From Coleofasciculus chthonoplastes F2-STO-03 (GTDB lineage: Bacteria > Cyanobacteriota > Cyanobacteriia > Cyanobacteriales > Coleofasciculaceae), in the NCBI GenBank assembly GCA_040222015.1, contig JAVJWO010000193.1, positions 64,001-128,000 of the forward strand: DNA of 64,000 bases, read 5' to 3'. Shown in pieces: positions 49,175 to 59,264 of the stretch. The position numbers were made by a program, and so were the translations under genes. Below the pieces are notes generated by a model. It was given only the letters and a program-made list of their open reading frames with translations, had not been told where the DNA came from and did not search any database. How positions within the stretch are numbered: position 1 is the stretch's first letter; each line of letters begins with the position of its first letter.

Positions 49175-49405
49175 AAGAAGTAAGGATTTCCAAAAATATA
49201 GACAATTATTATAAATTCAATACTTAGTAAAATATGCTTTATTGTGTCATTGTTTTACTTTTAGCTATATCTCATATCTTCTATAAAATGAATTCATTTA
49301 AAAAAATATTTACTTTTTATGTTAGATTAGTTCAAATATTCAAATTTTACACAAACCAACAATGTGGGCTTCATAGCAGATTTCACAAAAACTAAACAGC
49401 ACGTC

Positions 49406-50236
49406 TTACCAATTATAACGACTCCCTAATAAAGAATACAATTTTTTATTATAAGGCAAAAAATAATCCTGCAAACGCTCCAATATTTGATTATCGTCAG
49501 AACTAATCACATATTTGGCAGCCGCATACTTCTGTTTCTGAAATTTTTGGATTGCTTGCTGAGAAAAATGTTCGATGTTTAAGAAATCACAGACTTGCTT
49601 TAAACTTGAACCTAGATCATCGCAAAACGTAGCAAAATTCATAACCAGAATCTTATCCTTATCAAAATAGCTATAGTAATTTTCTAGCTGTTGAACGTAC
49701 TTTCCTCTGTTAATATAATTATAGGGGTATTTCGCCGTATTGGATTCCGGATTAAATTCCTGATCAATCGCCTCAGCAAAACTCCTGTCATCGGCTCTCT
49801 CTCGCAAATGTTTGAGAGGAAGATTAGAATAGCTATGATACATCTGCCAAGCTGAGTACGCCCGATCCACAGGATTTCTGAGTATGGCAATCATTTTAAT
49901 AGTTCGTAAGTCTTGTTTAATTAGCTTAGGAATATGGGGGTGGTATATATAACTGGGTGAAGCTTCAAAGGTTAGCTTCTTGTTTTTGCCAAGCTTAGAG
50001 GGGAAGTGACTCAGATACCAGCCAAAACCTTTACTGTAATTTTCGGGATTGTCAAAGTAGTAGGTTTCTCTCCAGTTATGAGTGACCAATATCTGAGGAT
50101 GTTCCGTTAAATAGTGATACAGTGATGTCGTTGCAGCGCGTTGGACTCCAATAATTAAAAAATCTGGTGGCGAATTAAGAATTGGATATAGTGGATAGAC
50201 CAGTTTCTTGATCGATTGTTTGATTGGTTTTATCAT
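49406..50236 (-). CDS. PAPS-dependent sulfotransferase (variant P-loop)
   Basis: PDFLIIGVQRAATTSLY, EASPSY, LRNPVDRAYS; ATG at 50236. Confidence 0.9.
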   Translation of the reverse strand: MIKPIKQSIKKLVYPLYPILNSPPDFLIIGVQRAATTSLYHYLTEHPQILVTHNWRETYYFDNPENYSKGFGWYLSHFPSKLGKNKKLTFEASPSYIYHPHIPKLIKQDLRTIKMIAILRNPVDRAYSAWQMYHSYSNLPLKHLRERADDRSFAEAIDQEFNPESNTAKYPYNYINRGKYVQQLENYYSYFDKDKILVMNFATFCDDLGSSLKQVCDFLNIEHFSQQAIQKFQKQKYAAAKYVISSDDNQILERLQDYFLPYNKKLYSLLGSRYNW

Positions 50237-50326
50237 TGCACCACTGTTTCCCAAAAGAACTTAGCTAGAGTATATAGCGGTTTCCCAATGTGTTAGGTAA
50301 ACCAAAATGTAGGGACGCAATGCTTG

Positions 50327-50524
50327 CATTGGTGTTAACTTAAGCTCAACCCCTCACCCCCAGCCCCTCTCCCACGCCGGGGAGAGGGGAGCAACAAAAT
50401 CCGGTTCCCCTTCTCCCCACGGAGGGAGAAGGGGTTAGGGGATGAGGGGGAAAATGTTGAGGAGTAGATAGACACAGCTTAAAACCTTGCCAGCATTGAC
50501 TTTCACCTTAAATTGACACGGATG
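50327..50524. mobile_element. Family-A MITE (198 bp) with 8-bp target duplication inside a REP-like palindrome
   Basis: Ends CATTGGTGTTAACTTAAG / CTTAAATTGACACGGATG; AATGCTTG at 50319-50326 and 50525-50532. Confidence 0.85.
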
Positions 50525-50580
50525 AATGCTTGCACCCCCACCAATGTACTCCATAAGACCTAAAATTGCCATAACTCGCT

Positions 50581-51405
50581 TCACCAGGCATAACGCTCAC
50601 CGAGGAATTCATACAGCTTCTGATTAAATGGAGCAAAATAACTCTTAAGAAAATCGAGTTTTTCCTCATCTTCAGGTGTTTTCTGAAATTCATATTTTCC
50701 TTTATTATGTTTTTTTTGCTGTAAGGCTTGAAGCGTTTCCTGAGAGAACTCGTCAATACCCAGAAAATTACAGACACAATTGAGGACTGAACCCAAATCC
50801 TGACGAAACCAATCCATATTCAACACTAGAATATTGTCTTTGTTAAAGTAGTTATAGTAATTTTCTAATTGATAGACATACTTGCCTCGACCCACATAGT
50901 CATAGCGAAAAGGGTAATTGGTATGATCAAAGTCGGATTGGAATTCTTCTTCAATCGCTTCAGCAAAAGTTCTTTTATCGTAAAATCGTTTCAAATGATC
51001 GTTATCAATATCCGAGAAGCTATGAAACATCTGCCATGCTGAATAGGCACGAGAAACAGGTTCCCTCAACACGGCTATCATTTTAAGAGTTCCCAAATCT
51101 TTTTTGATGCGTTCAGGAACAAATTCGTAGTAAAGATAGTTGGGTGAGGCATCGCAGGTTAGCTTGTTGCCTTTCTTAAGTTTAGATGGGAAATTGCCCA
51201 AATACCAGCCAAAGCCTAGATTATAATGCTCTGGGCGATCAAAGTAACGAATTTCTTTCCAGCCAGTATTACCAAAGATTTGGGGATGCTGAATGAGGTA
51301 GTTGTATAGAGAGGTGGTTCCCGCTTTCTGCGCTCCAATAATCAGGAAGTCTGGTCGGGACTTAATAATTGGATAGGTGGCATCCTTAATCAATCGCTTA
51401 ATCAT
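50581..51405 (-). CDS. PAPS-dependent sulfotransferase
   Basis: PDFLIIGAQKAGTTSLY, DASPNY, LREPVSRAYS. Confidence 0.92.
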   Translation of the reverse strand: MIKRLIKDATYPIIKSRPDFLIIGAQKAGTTSLYNYLIQHPQIFGNTGWKEIRYFDRPEHYNLGFGWYLGNFPSKLKKGNKLTCDASPNYLYYEFVPERIKKDLGTLKMIAVLREPVSRAYSAWQMFHSFSDIDNDHLKRFYDKRTFAEAIEEEFQSDFDHTNYPFRYDYVGRGKYVYQLENYYNYFNKDNILVLNMDWFRQDLGSVLNCVCNFLGIDEFSQETLQALQQKKHNKGKYEFQKTPEDEEKLDFLKSYFAPFNQKLYEFLGERYAW

Positions 51406-51600
51406 TTGAACTCCTCTACCCTATGTTGGTGAGAGTGTAATCGTATTTTTTTCGCTTTGTATGTAGTATAGGCTAGAAATATCCACTTAGGACAAATGTC
51501 ACCGCCATAAGCTAAGTTAGTAGTTGCGCTTTAGCGCCATCAGCGCCCGCATCACCTACTACAAAACATTAAATTAATGCTATTCAACTTAGAACGAATG

Positions 51601-51698
51601 GGAGCATCCCAATTTGGCACGTTGGCTCTTTGAATGGGGCTGAAACCCTTGCCATTGCGTTACTTGAGGTAATGCTTTGTCCAAAACGGGATGCTCCC
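51601..51698. mobile_element. Small MITE-like element
   Basis: GGAGCATCCCAATTTGG ... CCAAAACGGGATGCTCC inverted repeats. Confidence 0.6.
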
Positions 51699-51798
51699 GA
51701 ACGAATGGCACTGACTGATATGCTGGTGGGCAATGCCCACCCTACGGTATACTAAAGGTTTAGGCGATTCCCTAATGCTTATTTCAGTGCCATTAAGC

Positions 51799-53346
51799 TT
51801 AGGACTGAATACTTGGTTCTTTAGAGAACACCCCCGAAATCGGTTCGCCGTCACTATGAGGAAGAGGCACATCAAGGAGAGACGCGATCGTCGGAGCAAA
51901 GTCTACAATGGATGTAGGATGTTCAATTCGTCTGGGTTCGATGGACGTTCCTGACACCAAGAAAAGCCCACCTGGTTTATGATCTCCAGTCCGGCTATCC
52001 CAGTAAACCTTATCAATTTTCCCGATTTTGGCAGAGGAAACAGAAGCAATAGGCGCATTGCGGTTCCACTCGACTAAAATATCAGGATGACCCATGGGAC
52101 GTTCTCCCTGGTAGATTTCGTCTGACCGGAAAATATTTCGGATTAGCGGTTCTTCTGTGTCATGGTTAACTAGTTCTGAGAGATCTTGACAGAGGGATTG
52201 GCAAAAGTCTTCATACTCTTGCCCCGGTTGGATCTTACCCTGGGGTTCACGACCCACTAGATTGATGCGAATTCCTCCGAATGCTTCACTCGAAGGAACC
52301 TGGAAACATTTGCGATTACTTAACTGTGAGATAGGTGGCTTCCCTTTACCGCGAAGATTCTGTATAGGTTTCCAGAGCCGTTTTTTGAGTTGCCGGAGAA
52401 ACTTATATCGCTTTAAAGAATTCAGGGTATTGCTAACCTCTTGATGCATTACTGCTCTCTGAGGATTTTCAATCCGTAAAAGGATTTCATCAAGAACATG
52501 CACCCCGGTATAGTTCGGACCCATGCCTGTACTAGCAAAAATAAAAACAGTTGTTTCTGGACTCACCTGCTGTAAGAGTTCCCCAATGGCAGCATCAATA
52601 GCGATATAGATATCCTTCATCGGGTTTCCCAGAGAACGAGCAATCTCTGGATCATATTCTGGGTGATTGGGATCATGAAGATGCCAACATTGGTGACCTG
52701 CCCAGTGAGCTTCACGAAAAGCTGTCAGAAAAAAGTCCCATTCGTCGTCTTGTTTGAGTAAATGACTAACCAGCTTAGTTTTCTTTTCGATGCTAGTCAT
52801 CAAATTTTGACGGAAGTCCTTTAAGTCAGCCAAACTGCGTCCAGCAGTACGCCAACTGCCAATCGGTTCTTTCCCCAAGCTAGTTTCTAATTCAACGGCT
52901 AAAGACGACGGATAGGTCTGAATTGATGAAGTTTTTTGACTATAACTATGGCGTTCAATGATCTGAATCCCATTGAGGTCGTCAGCCAGAGGAGCCTCTG
53001 GAGAATCAATTAAGGCAACTTTACGACCCGCTCGACTGAGAACATTCCAGAAGGGTTCCCATGGAAACCCAAAGGGTTTTATATCATAAGTACCTGGCTG
53101 AATCTGCTGCGCCCAATAACGACCGTGTTGAGCGGGTGAAACGCCACTTAAAAAAGTAGGCCAATGGCAGCCGTTGATTCCGGGTGGATCTTGGGTGATT
53201 CCCCATGCTCCTTTTTGCAGAAGAGATTGGATAGTTGGCAGCAAACCCTCATCTGCCCACTGACGGATTAAATCTCTATCTGCTCCATCAAGGCCAATAA
53301 AAAGCATTTTTCTTAAAATCATCAGGAAAGATTTAGGTGGGAACAA
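51799..53346 (-). CDS. Alkaline phosphatase superfamily protein (nucleotide pyrophosphatase/phosphodiesterase-like)
   Basis: FIGLDGAD, WPTFLSGVSPAQHG, HWAGH, INLVGREPQG, TGDH, VDFAPT; start uncertain (ATG at 53322 possible). Confidence 0.85.
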   Translation of the reverse strand: MFPPKSFLMILRKMLFIGLDGADRDLIRQWADEGLLPTIQSLLQKGAWGITQDPPGINGCHWPTFLSGVSPAQHGRYWAQQIQPGTYDIKPFGFPWEPFWNVLSRAGRKVALIDSPEAPLADDLNGIQIIERHSYSQKTSSIQTYPSSLAVELETSLGKEPIGSWRTAGRSLADLKDFRQNLMTSIEKKTKLVSHLLKQDDEWDFFLTAFREAHWAGHQCWHLHDPNHPEYDPEIARSLGNPMKDIYIAIDAAIGELLQQVSPETTVFIFASTGMGPNYTGVHVLDEILLRIENPQRAVMHQEVSNTLNSLKRYKFLRQLKKRLWKPIQNLRGKGKPPISQLSNRKCFQVPSSEAFGGIRINLVGREPQGKIQPGQEYEDFCQSLCQDLSELVNHDTEEPLIRNIFRSDEIYQGERPMGHPDILVEWNRNAPIASVSSAKIGKIDKVYWDSRTGDHKPGGLFLVSGTSIEPRRIEHPTSIVDFAPTIASLLDVPLPHSDGEPISGVFSKEPSIQS

Positions 53347-53349
53347 ACT

Positions 53350-53445
53350 ATAGCAATCCTACTTGAGTTGTGACAAGGGAGTAGATTGAAACCTAGGTAT
53401 AGCGAGGCTCTAAGTTTTAAAAATTGCCACAACCTATTTAGGATT
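53350..53445. mobile_element. MITE-like inverted-repeat element
   Basis: AATCCTACTTGAGTTGTGACAA ... TTGCCACAACCTATTTAGGATT imperfect inverted repeats. Confidence 0.55.
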
Positions 53446-53470
53446 ATTTCTCGATTAAGCTTCTATTGGT

Positions 53471-54253
53471 TCAGGATTCATCTTTTCTCTTTACCTTCTT
53501 TTTCCTCGAATAGGCTTGTTTGAGCAAGGGTACAAACCCTAACGCTGTGCCTGTACCCAGTAAAGTGATAGGTTCTGGGACATTCGCTACTTGATTGCCA
53601 TGGGTAATCACACGAAATGGGTCCATGCCATCAGCTGTCCACAAAGAAAATGTTAATGTACTTCCACTAAAACTAAGAGTGTCTATAATATTGTCTAGTC
53701 CATTATATCCTAAACGACCAAATTGAGTATCTTCTGGAGCTAACAAAGCATGGGTTGCATCAAGTCCATTGACAGTTCTAATGGTCGGAATTATGCCAAG
53801 AATATCCGAGTCAAATGTAATAGTCCCATCCCATTTACTTCCAGCTAAAGAGGTTCCTGGTGGATCGACAAAAATGAAATGGCTACTGATAAGAGTCCCC
53901 GATGAAATGGTAAGGTTTGGAGGAGTTGGTTGCCTACCCACACCGCCCTCAAAATCGCTGGGAACGTACCCATCCCATAGCCTAATCTCCTGGGTAAGCC
54001 TCAAGTTTTGTTTTTCATTAAAGGCAAAAACGCTATCACCTTCAAAATTTTGGGCAGCTACGTATGAGGGAGGAGGATCGAAAACAGTAATGTTGGAGTT
54101 ACCAAGCGGTTGACTACCTATTCGTCCTGTAAAACTACCTCCTACAACTGCCGCATCTGATGGGTTAGTTGCTAAAACAACAGCACAAACAGCAGCTACC
54201 TGTAAACCTTTAAGTAAGGGAGTCTTCATTTCTTGCACTCGTGTCATCTCCAA
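53471..54253 (-). CDS. PEP-CTERM sorting-domain surface protein
   Basis: Signal peptide; C-terminal VPEPITLLGTGTALGF + basic tail RKKKVKRK. Confidence 0.9.
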   Translation of the reverse strand: MEMTRVQEMKTPLLKGLQVAAVCAVVLATNPSDAAVVGGSFTGRIGSQPLGNSNITVFDPPPSYVAAQNFEGDSVFAFNEKQNLRLTQEIRLWDGYVPSDFEGGVGRQPTPPNLTISSGTLISSHFIFVDPPGTSLAGSKWDGTITFDSDILGIIPTIRTVNGLDATHALLAPEDTQFGRLGYNGLDNIIDTLSFSGSTLTFSLWTADGMDPFRVITHGNQVANVPEPITLLGTGTALGFVPLLKQAYSRKKKVKRKDES

Positions 54254-54572
54254 AGTATTCTTACCGTTTGTCCGGTTGAATTACTAAAACATCCAGATAA
54301 TACTCTATTTACCTGAGTTTTCAAACAAGTTACTCTACCTACAGGAAGAATCCAAAGGTGTAGATACTCGTTTAATTCCTCACAAATATAGAGATCCTGT
54401 TGCAAATTCTTCTTAAATAGTAAAGCATAACAGCAAATGATTGCGTGAAGTAACAGTAAAGAATACTGCCGATAACCTTAAAGATACTGTAAAGCCAAGG
54501 AAGGCATGAACAGTTTTAGAGGACAGGGCAAACACAATATATTAATACCGATACCTGCCTTCACCTACTTAG

Positions 54573-56261
54573 TCAGGTTCTTACCCCATCAACCACACCC
54601 TCACTCCTGACCAAAGGCAACGGTTTCCCCTGTAAGCGTTTCGGGATCTGCGCTCCCATCAACTCCAGAATCGTTGGTCCCAAATCCATGACATGACCCT
54701 CTGATAAACTAGACCCCGCCTCAATACCCAAACCCAACGCCATAATAAACCCTTCTGGACGATGACTTCCTCCCCGATAAGGCGGTAAAGGACCAAACCG
54801 CCCATACTCAGGACTATCCATCACATCCGTAGGATACTCTTCCTGCCATACCACAATTAAATCCGCATCCGGTAACTTCGGATCGCGCTCATTCGGATCG
54901 TTCCTCGTCCGCACAATGCGCTTAACCATCGGTATCCCCTTACGGGCATCTTTAAGCGCATAAAGCTTCTCACACAGCTCATCACACAGAGCATGATACT
55001 CCGACGGCGGCACAATCCCTTGCGGTTCTCGTCCCTGAAGGTTAATCCGGATATACCCTTCCGCAAAACTAGGCAGAGCAAATGCCTTCATCGAAGACCA
55101 TAACGGTTTATACCATTGAGCTGGATTCCAAGGAACCACCCGTTCTCCTTGTCGTACCAGTTGGAAGGGCGAGGCTAAATCTCCCGCCTCAGTCTTATCC
55201 AGAAACGGTTCAATCAACTTGAACAGTCGCGAAGGGGTTTCCCGTCTGAGAAAACGACGCAGGGGATTCGCATCATACTTAGTTCCCCAGACATGGCGCT
55301 CCCACCAATTCCATTTCATCTTCGTAATCAGTGGTGGCACAGGATCTGACACTTCACCATACCCCAATGCCCATTTCCCCGGAAAATTAAAGCGATACAG
55401 AAACTCAGCCAAAAAGATAAAGCTGGGTAAATCAATCGTCGCCGCGCCCGTACCATGAGCAGAAAACAGAACAATATAAGCATCATCAGGCGCCTTCGTC
55501 AAAATCTCCCCGATCGCCCGATCCATTTCCTGATACACTGCCAGCAGTGGGTCATGGGAGACACGGGATCTGAGAGATTCATACAACGGATGATCCGCTT
55601 GACTCAAGTGCCAAAACAGATGACCCCCAGAATGCGGGTCATTGAATACCGTCAAAAATAAATCCCAGTTTTCCCGTTCTAGCAAATCCTGGCAAATCGC
55701 CGATCGCCGTTCAATGCCAGTCTTTAATCGTTCCTCAACCTGAAACGCTTGTTTTAAGTCCAGACATACGGCATAGTCATTATGTAATGCTGGACTCGCA
55801 CCGTGCTTATCTACCAGTTCTTGGTAAAGGGATTCCGGAAGCGAACCCGTCTCCACTTGCGGCGAATGCGCTCCCCAAGCCGCCACCTGTACCCCATTAA
55901 TCTGATCCGTCAGCCGTACTTGAGGCACATCAAATGCCGCGACTCGATACTCCTCACCCAAGGCGTAAAAAGCGGGATACTCTTTAAAATTATAAGCCGC
56001 ACGGGTTTCAAACTCATACGTCCCTTCCCGCAACCCCATGTGCGCCCAGAACCCTGTTTTCTGGGGTGGATTCCCTGTAGCAAAGGTAGTCCAAGCGGTT
56101 TCCACATTCGAGTCCCGGAAATTTTCCAGACGCCCATAGATTCCTTGTTGCCGCAGACGGCTAATATTTTCCAGATACCCTTGCGCCATCCACTTTTCCA
56201 GTAGGGAGGGTTCAGCCGCATCTAGCCCGATGGCGATAACCGGATTTTTGCCCTCTACCAT
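54573..56261 (-). CDS. Alkaline phosphatase superfamily protein (nucleotide pyrophosphatase/phosphodiesterase-like)
   Basis: IGLDAAE, WTTFATG, HSGGH, SAHG, INLQGREPQG, GSHRPEG, MDLGPT. Confidence 0.85.
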   Translation of the reverse strand: MVEGKNPVIAIGLDAAEPSLLEKWMAQGYLENISRLRQQGIYGRLENFRDSNVETAWTTFATGNPPQKTGFWAHMGLREGTYEFETRAAYNFKEYPAFYALGEEYRVAAFDVPQVRLTDQINGVQVAAWGAHSPQVETGSLPESLYQELVDKHGASPALHNDYAVCLDLKQAFQVEERLKTGIERRSAICQDLLERENWDLFLTVFNDPHSGGHLFWHLSQADHPLYESLRSRVSHDPLLAVYQEMDRAIGEILTKAPDDAYIVLFSAHGTGAATIDLPSFIFLAEFLYRFNFPGKWALGYGEVSDPVPPLITKMKWNWWERHVWGTKYDANPLRRFLRRETPSRLFKLIEPFLDKTEAGDLASPFQLVRQGERVVPWNPAQWYKPLWSSMKAFALPSFAEGYIRINLQGREPQGIVPPSEYHALCDELCEKLYALKDARKGIPMVKRIVRTRNDPNERDPKLPDADLIVVWQEEYPTDVMDSPEYGRFGPLPPYRGGSHRPEGFIMALGLGIEAGSSLSEGHVMDLGPTILELMGAQIPKRLQGKPLPLVRSEGVVDGVRT

Positions 56262-56453
56262 ACAATCAGCCTCGGTTTAGTTTGTCGTACTTTGTTTTAA
56301 TTTAGCAGAAAATACGGGTTCAGTAAATATACGATTGAGATCAAGTCTGGCTAGACAATGCGTCTATCGTCGGATTTTTCACGGCGTCTGTTGGCGACAG
56401 ACAAAGTGAAGATGGAGAGGACAGAATCGCTTCCTCTTTTCCGCTTCTATCCT

Positions 56454-57584
56454 TTAGGCAACTATCTCAGTAATTATCTGATACATCCGTTCTCCCCATT
56501 TATCCCAATTCAAACGCTGATCATATTCTCGGCGAGACGAGTGAACTAATTGCTGATATGTACTGGGGTCTGAGATAGTCTGGGCGATTAAATCAGCATA
56601 CTCTTCCCCTGACGCCGATCGCGATAACATATAGCCGTTGTTACCATTCTTAACAATCGTCGGTATGCCGCCCACTTCAGTCGTCAGTACAGGCAAACCA
56701 AAGGCGTTAGCCTCACAAATCACAATTGGTGAACATTCCGCACGAGTTGGGAAAATGAAAAAATGTGAGTCTAAAAATAGCTGATTGAGTTGCTGACGCT
56801 GCTGGGGTACATTTTTATTCAAATAGGGAATCACCGTCAGCTTTTCATGTTGAATCGGGGGTATAGTCCCCACCACAACTAACTCCGCATCGACTCCCAT
56901 TCCCAGTAAAGCTACTAGCGTATCAAAGGCAATTGTCCCCCCTTTTCTTTGCCAGTCTTTGCCTACGAATAGAAGACGACAAGGTGAAGATATTTTTTTG
57001 CCAATAACATCCTCAGCCAATGGGGGATCGTCTAAATTCGCACCAAAGGGGACAAATTCTACTTTTTCAGCATCCGATTGATAATCATCAATCGCTGAAT
57101 TTGCCGCCCATTCCGAAGAATAGATGACTTTTTGAGATTTTAATATAGCCGCTTTTTCTTGATTTTCTTTCCAGTTTATTTCTTCAGTATCCAAAGCCAA
57201 TGGATAATATTTTTTATATAAAATAAATGTAACATCAGACAAGTAAATTATCGGTTTATTGCTATTAAAAAAACTTAATTCTTCTGAAGCCACAGGCGCG
57301 ACAATAACATCGCAGGGTGTCTTAAGAAGTTGTTTTTGTACCTGATAAGCAAATTTTGTATACTCAACGATATAATCTTGAGAGCCTAGTTTTAAAGAAG
57401 TCTTTTTGGGATGAAAGTAATGCCTAAGCTTGCGCCAGGGTGAAGGCATCTCGGCATTGCCCAGATTAAAAACTTGCAACGGTTGACTGATTAAGGATTG
57501 ATGCATTGAATAAAGCGTTCCGGAAAACGCATTCCTATCTAGGTAATTTTGACGCGATAAAAATCCAACTCGCGGTTTTGGCAT
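56454..57584 (-). CDS. GT4 glycosyltransferase
   Basis: FVGKDWQRKGG, PTRAECSPIVICEA. Confidence 0.92.
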   Translation of the reverse strand: MPKPRVGFLSRQNYLDRNAFSGTLYSMHQSLISQPLQVFNLGNAEMPSPWRKLRHYFHPKKTSLKLGSQDYIVEYTKFAYQVQKQLLKTPCDVIVAPVASEELSFFNSNKPIIYLSDVTFILYKKYYPLALDTEEINWKENQEKAAILKSQKVIYSSEWAANSAIDDYQSDAEKVEFVPFGANLDDPPLAEDVIGKKISSPCRLLFVGKDWQRKGGTIAFDTLVALLGMGVDAELVVVGTIPPIQHEKLTVIPYLNKNVPQQRQQLNQLFLDSHFFIFPTRAECSPIVICEANAFGLPVLTTEVGGIPTIVKNGNNGYMLSRSASGEEYADLIAQTISDPSTYQQLVHSSRREYDQRLNWDKWGERMYQIITEIVA

Positions 57585-57807
57585 GGCAAGCGTACCTCAG
57601 TGTTATTGGCTCAAGGGTTAATCCAGTGATATTTTCGCACAGCTTTAAGAAAACTAAAAATTCCGGTGTCAGGTTCAGTTGACACGGATGACAGAGGTCA
57701 AAGTGCGCTCACCGATATGTGCCCAAGTTTTAGTCAGTGATGCGAGTGCTTATGGCGAAGACAGCGCAACTACGAACCTAGATTCACCATCCAAAAAAAT
57801 ACAAAGC

Positions 57808-59241
57808 TTAAATTTCTTCCTGGCTTCCCTGATCCCTTACAGTCCCAACCAAGTGTTTCTTTTGAGGCAATGAACGCCTTGGTATCGATGAGCGAATACT
57901 TCTTCTCTTGCTAGTCTCGACCGGATTTAGTATCAACCCTGCTAGACCCCCATTAATTACCGTATACACTGGATTGGCCTGAGCATTCAAGAGACCATCC
58001 ACCACGTACAGCGTTAAGACCATGGCTAAGACGGCTGACGGTGCTACTTTAGGGTTAGACCAGGAATGAGCCGGATAACGCAGACAAAAACAGGCAGGGG
58101 GAAGTAACCGAGCTGCCATTATGCTAATGAGTCCAATAGAACCATTGGTACCAAAGGCGATAATCCAGAAACTATCTGTAATCGAGACATCCACCAGCTC
58201 ACCTGCCCAGTTATAGTCATAGACACGACTTCTTCCCCATCCCCCCCAGCCAAAAATCGGTCGCTGTCTAGCTTTATCCCCAAGCAACTCCTCGTTATCG
58301 AGTCTAAACTCCAATGATTCAGCTCGCTCTTGGGTTGTAACATCGGCTAAAAAGGAAACCAGTTGGTTCTTCATATCCCCCGTAAAGTTCCCCGTTGCTC
58401 CCAAAAAAAGGTAAGACGAGATACTCACAACCAGCAATAATAACGGAAAGGTTGTGCGAAACCAGCGAGTGAGGAACAAAATGGCAACCCCAAAGAACAA
58501 ATAAATGTAGGCACCTGTAGATTTAACTAAGACAAAGGTGATCAGTAACACCGCCACCAACCAACTTATCGGGATACCCCAGAGTTTTTTGAGTAACCCA
58601 CTTCGCCACAGCCAAATCCCAATTAGTGTCGCTGCCATCATCCACATCCCCAAGGTTAAGCCATGTCTCATAAAGACCATGGGTCTATATCCACCGTAGC
58701 GGATTGTCATCAAAAAACTGGTGGGAGCAAAGCCGTAAACCATGGCATGTAGTTGGGGACTCATGCGGATTTCATACAAGCATAGAGGCACATAAATCAA
58801 TCCACCCAAGAAGATGCCAATTGCCAGCTTCTGCAAGCCAGCCCAGTTATTCAGATATATCCGACCGAGGAAATAAGGTATGCCCCACTGTACAATTTGA
58901 CCAAACGAGGCTGAGAGTCCATCGTAAAGACCCAGATTATTAGTGAGGGAGGAGGCTAATGGGGAAAAACACCAAATCAGCATGGGTACATCCAGCCAGC
59001 CGAATTTAAAGCTCTGGAAGCGTCCCACATCGTATATTAACGTTGCCAGCAAGATACCATAGCAGGTTGCCGACATTTTAGTATAGTCAGGTAAACCGGG
59101 AAGGGGGTAACTGGCTTGGGGGAGGAATTGCCATGCCACAATGAAGCTGATCACAACTGCCCACTGGGCTGGAAATCGCTTAAATAAGTAGAGGACGGCT
59201 GGAATCCAGCCAAACATAACTAGGGGAACTAGAGGACTCAT
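57808..59241 (-). CDS. O-antigen ligase/Wzy-like polymerase membrane protein
   Basis: Multi-TM, KSTGA, SLEFR, RPIFGWGGWGR. Confidence 0.75.
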   Translation of the reverse strand: MSPLVPLVMFGWIPAVLYLFKRFPAQWAVVISFIVAWQFLPQASYPLPGLPDYTKMSATCYGILLATLIYDVGRFQSFKFGWLDVPMLIWCFSPLASSLTNNLGLYDGLSASFGQIVQWGIPYFLGRIYLNNWAGLQKLAIGIFLGGLIYVPLCLYEIRMSPQLHAMVYGFAPTSFLMTIRYGGYRPMVFMRHGLTLGMWMMAATLIGIWLWRSGLLKKLWGIPISWLVAVLLITFVLVKSTGAYIYLFFGVAILFLTRWFRTTFPLLLLVVSISSYLFLGATGNFTGDMKNQLVSFLADVTTQERAESLEFRLDNEELLGDKARQRPIFGWGGWGRSRVYDYNWAGELVDVSITDSFWIIAFGTNGSIGLISIMAARLLPPACFCLRYPAHSWSNPKVAPSAVLAMVLTLYVVDGLLNAQANPVYTVINGGLAGLILNPVETSKRRSIRSSIPRRSLPQKKHLVGTVRDQGSQEEI

Positions 59242-59264
59242 CAGGTTTGGGGATATTCCCTAAA

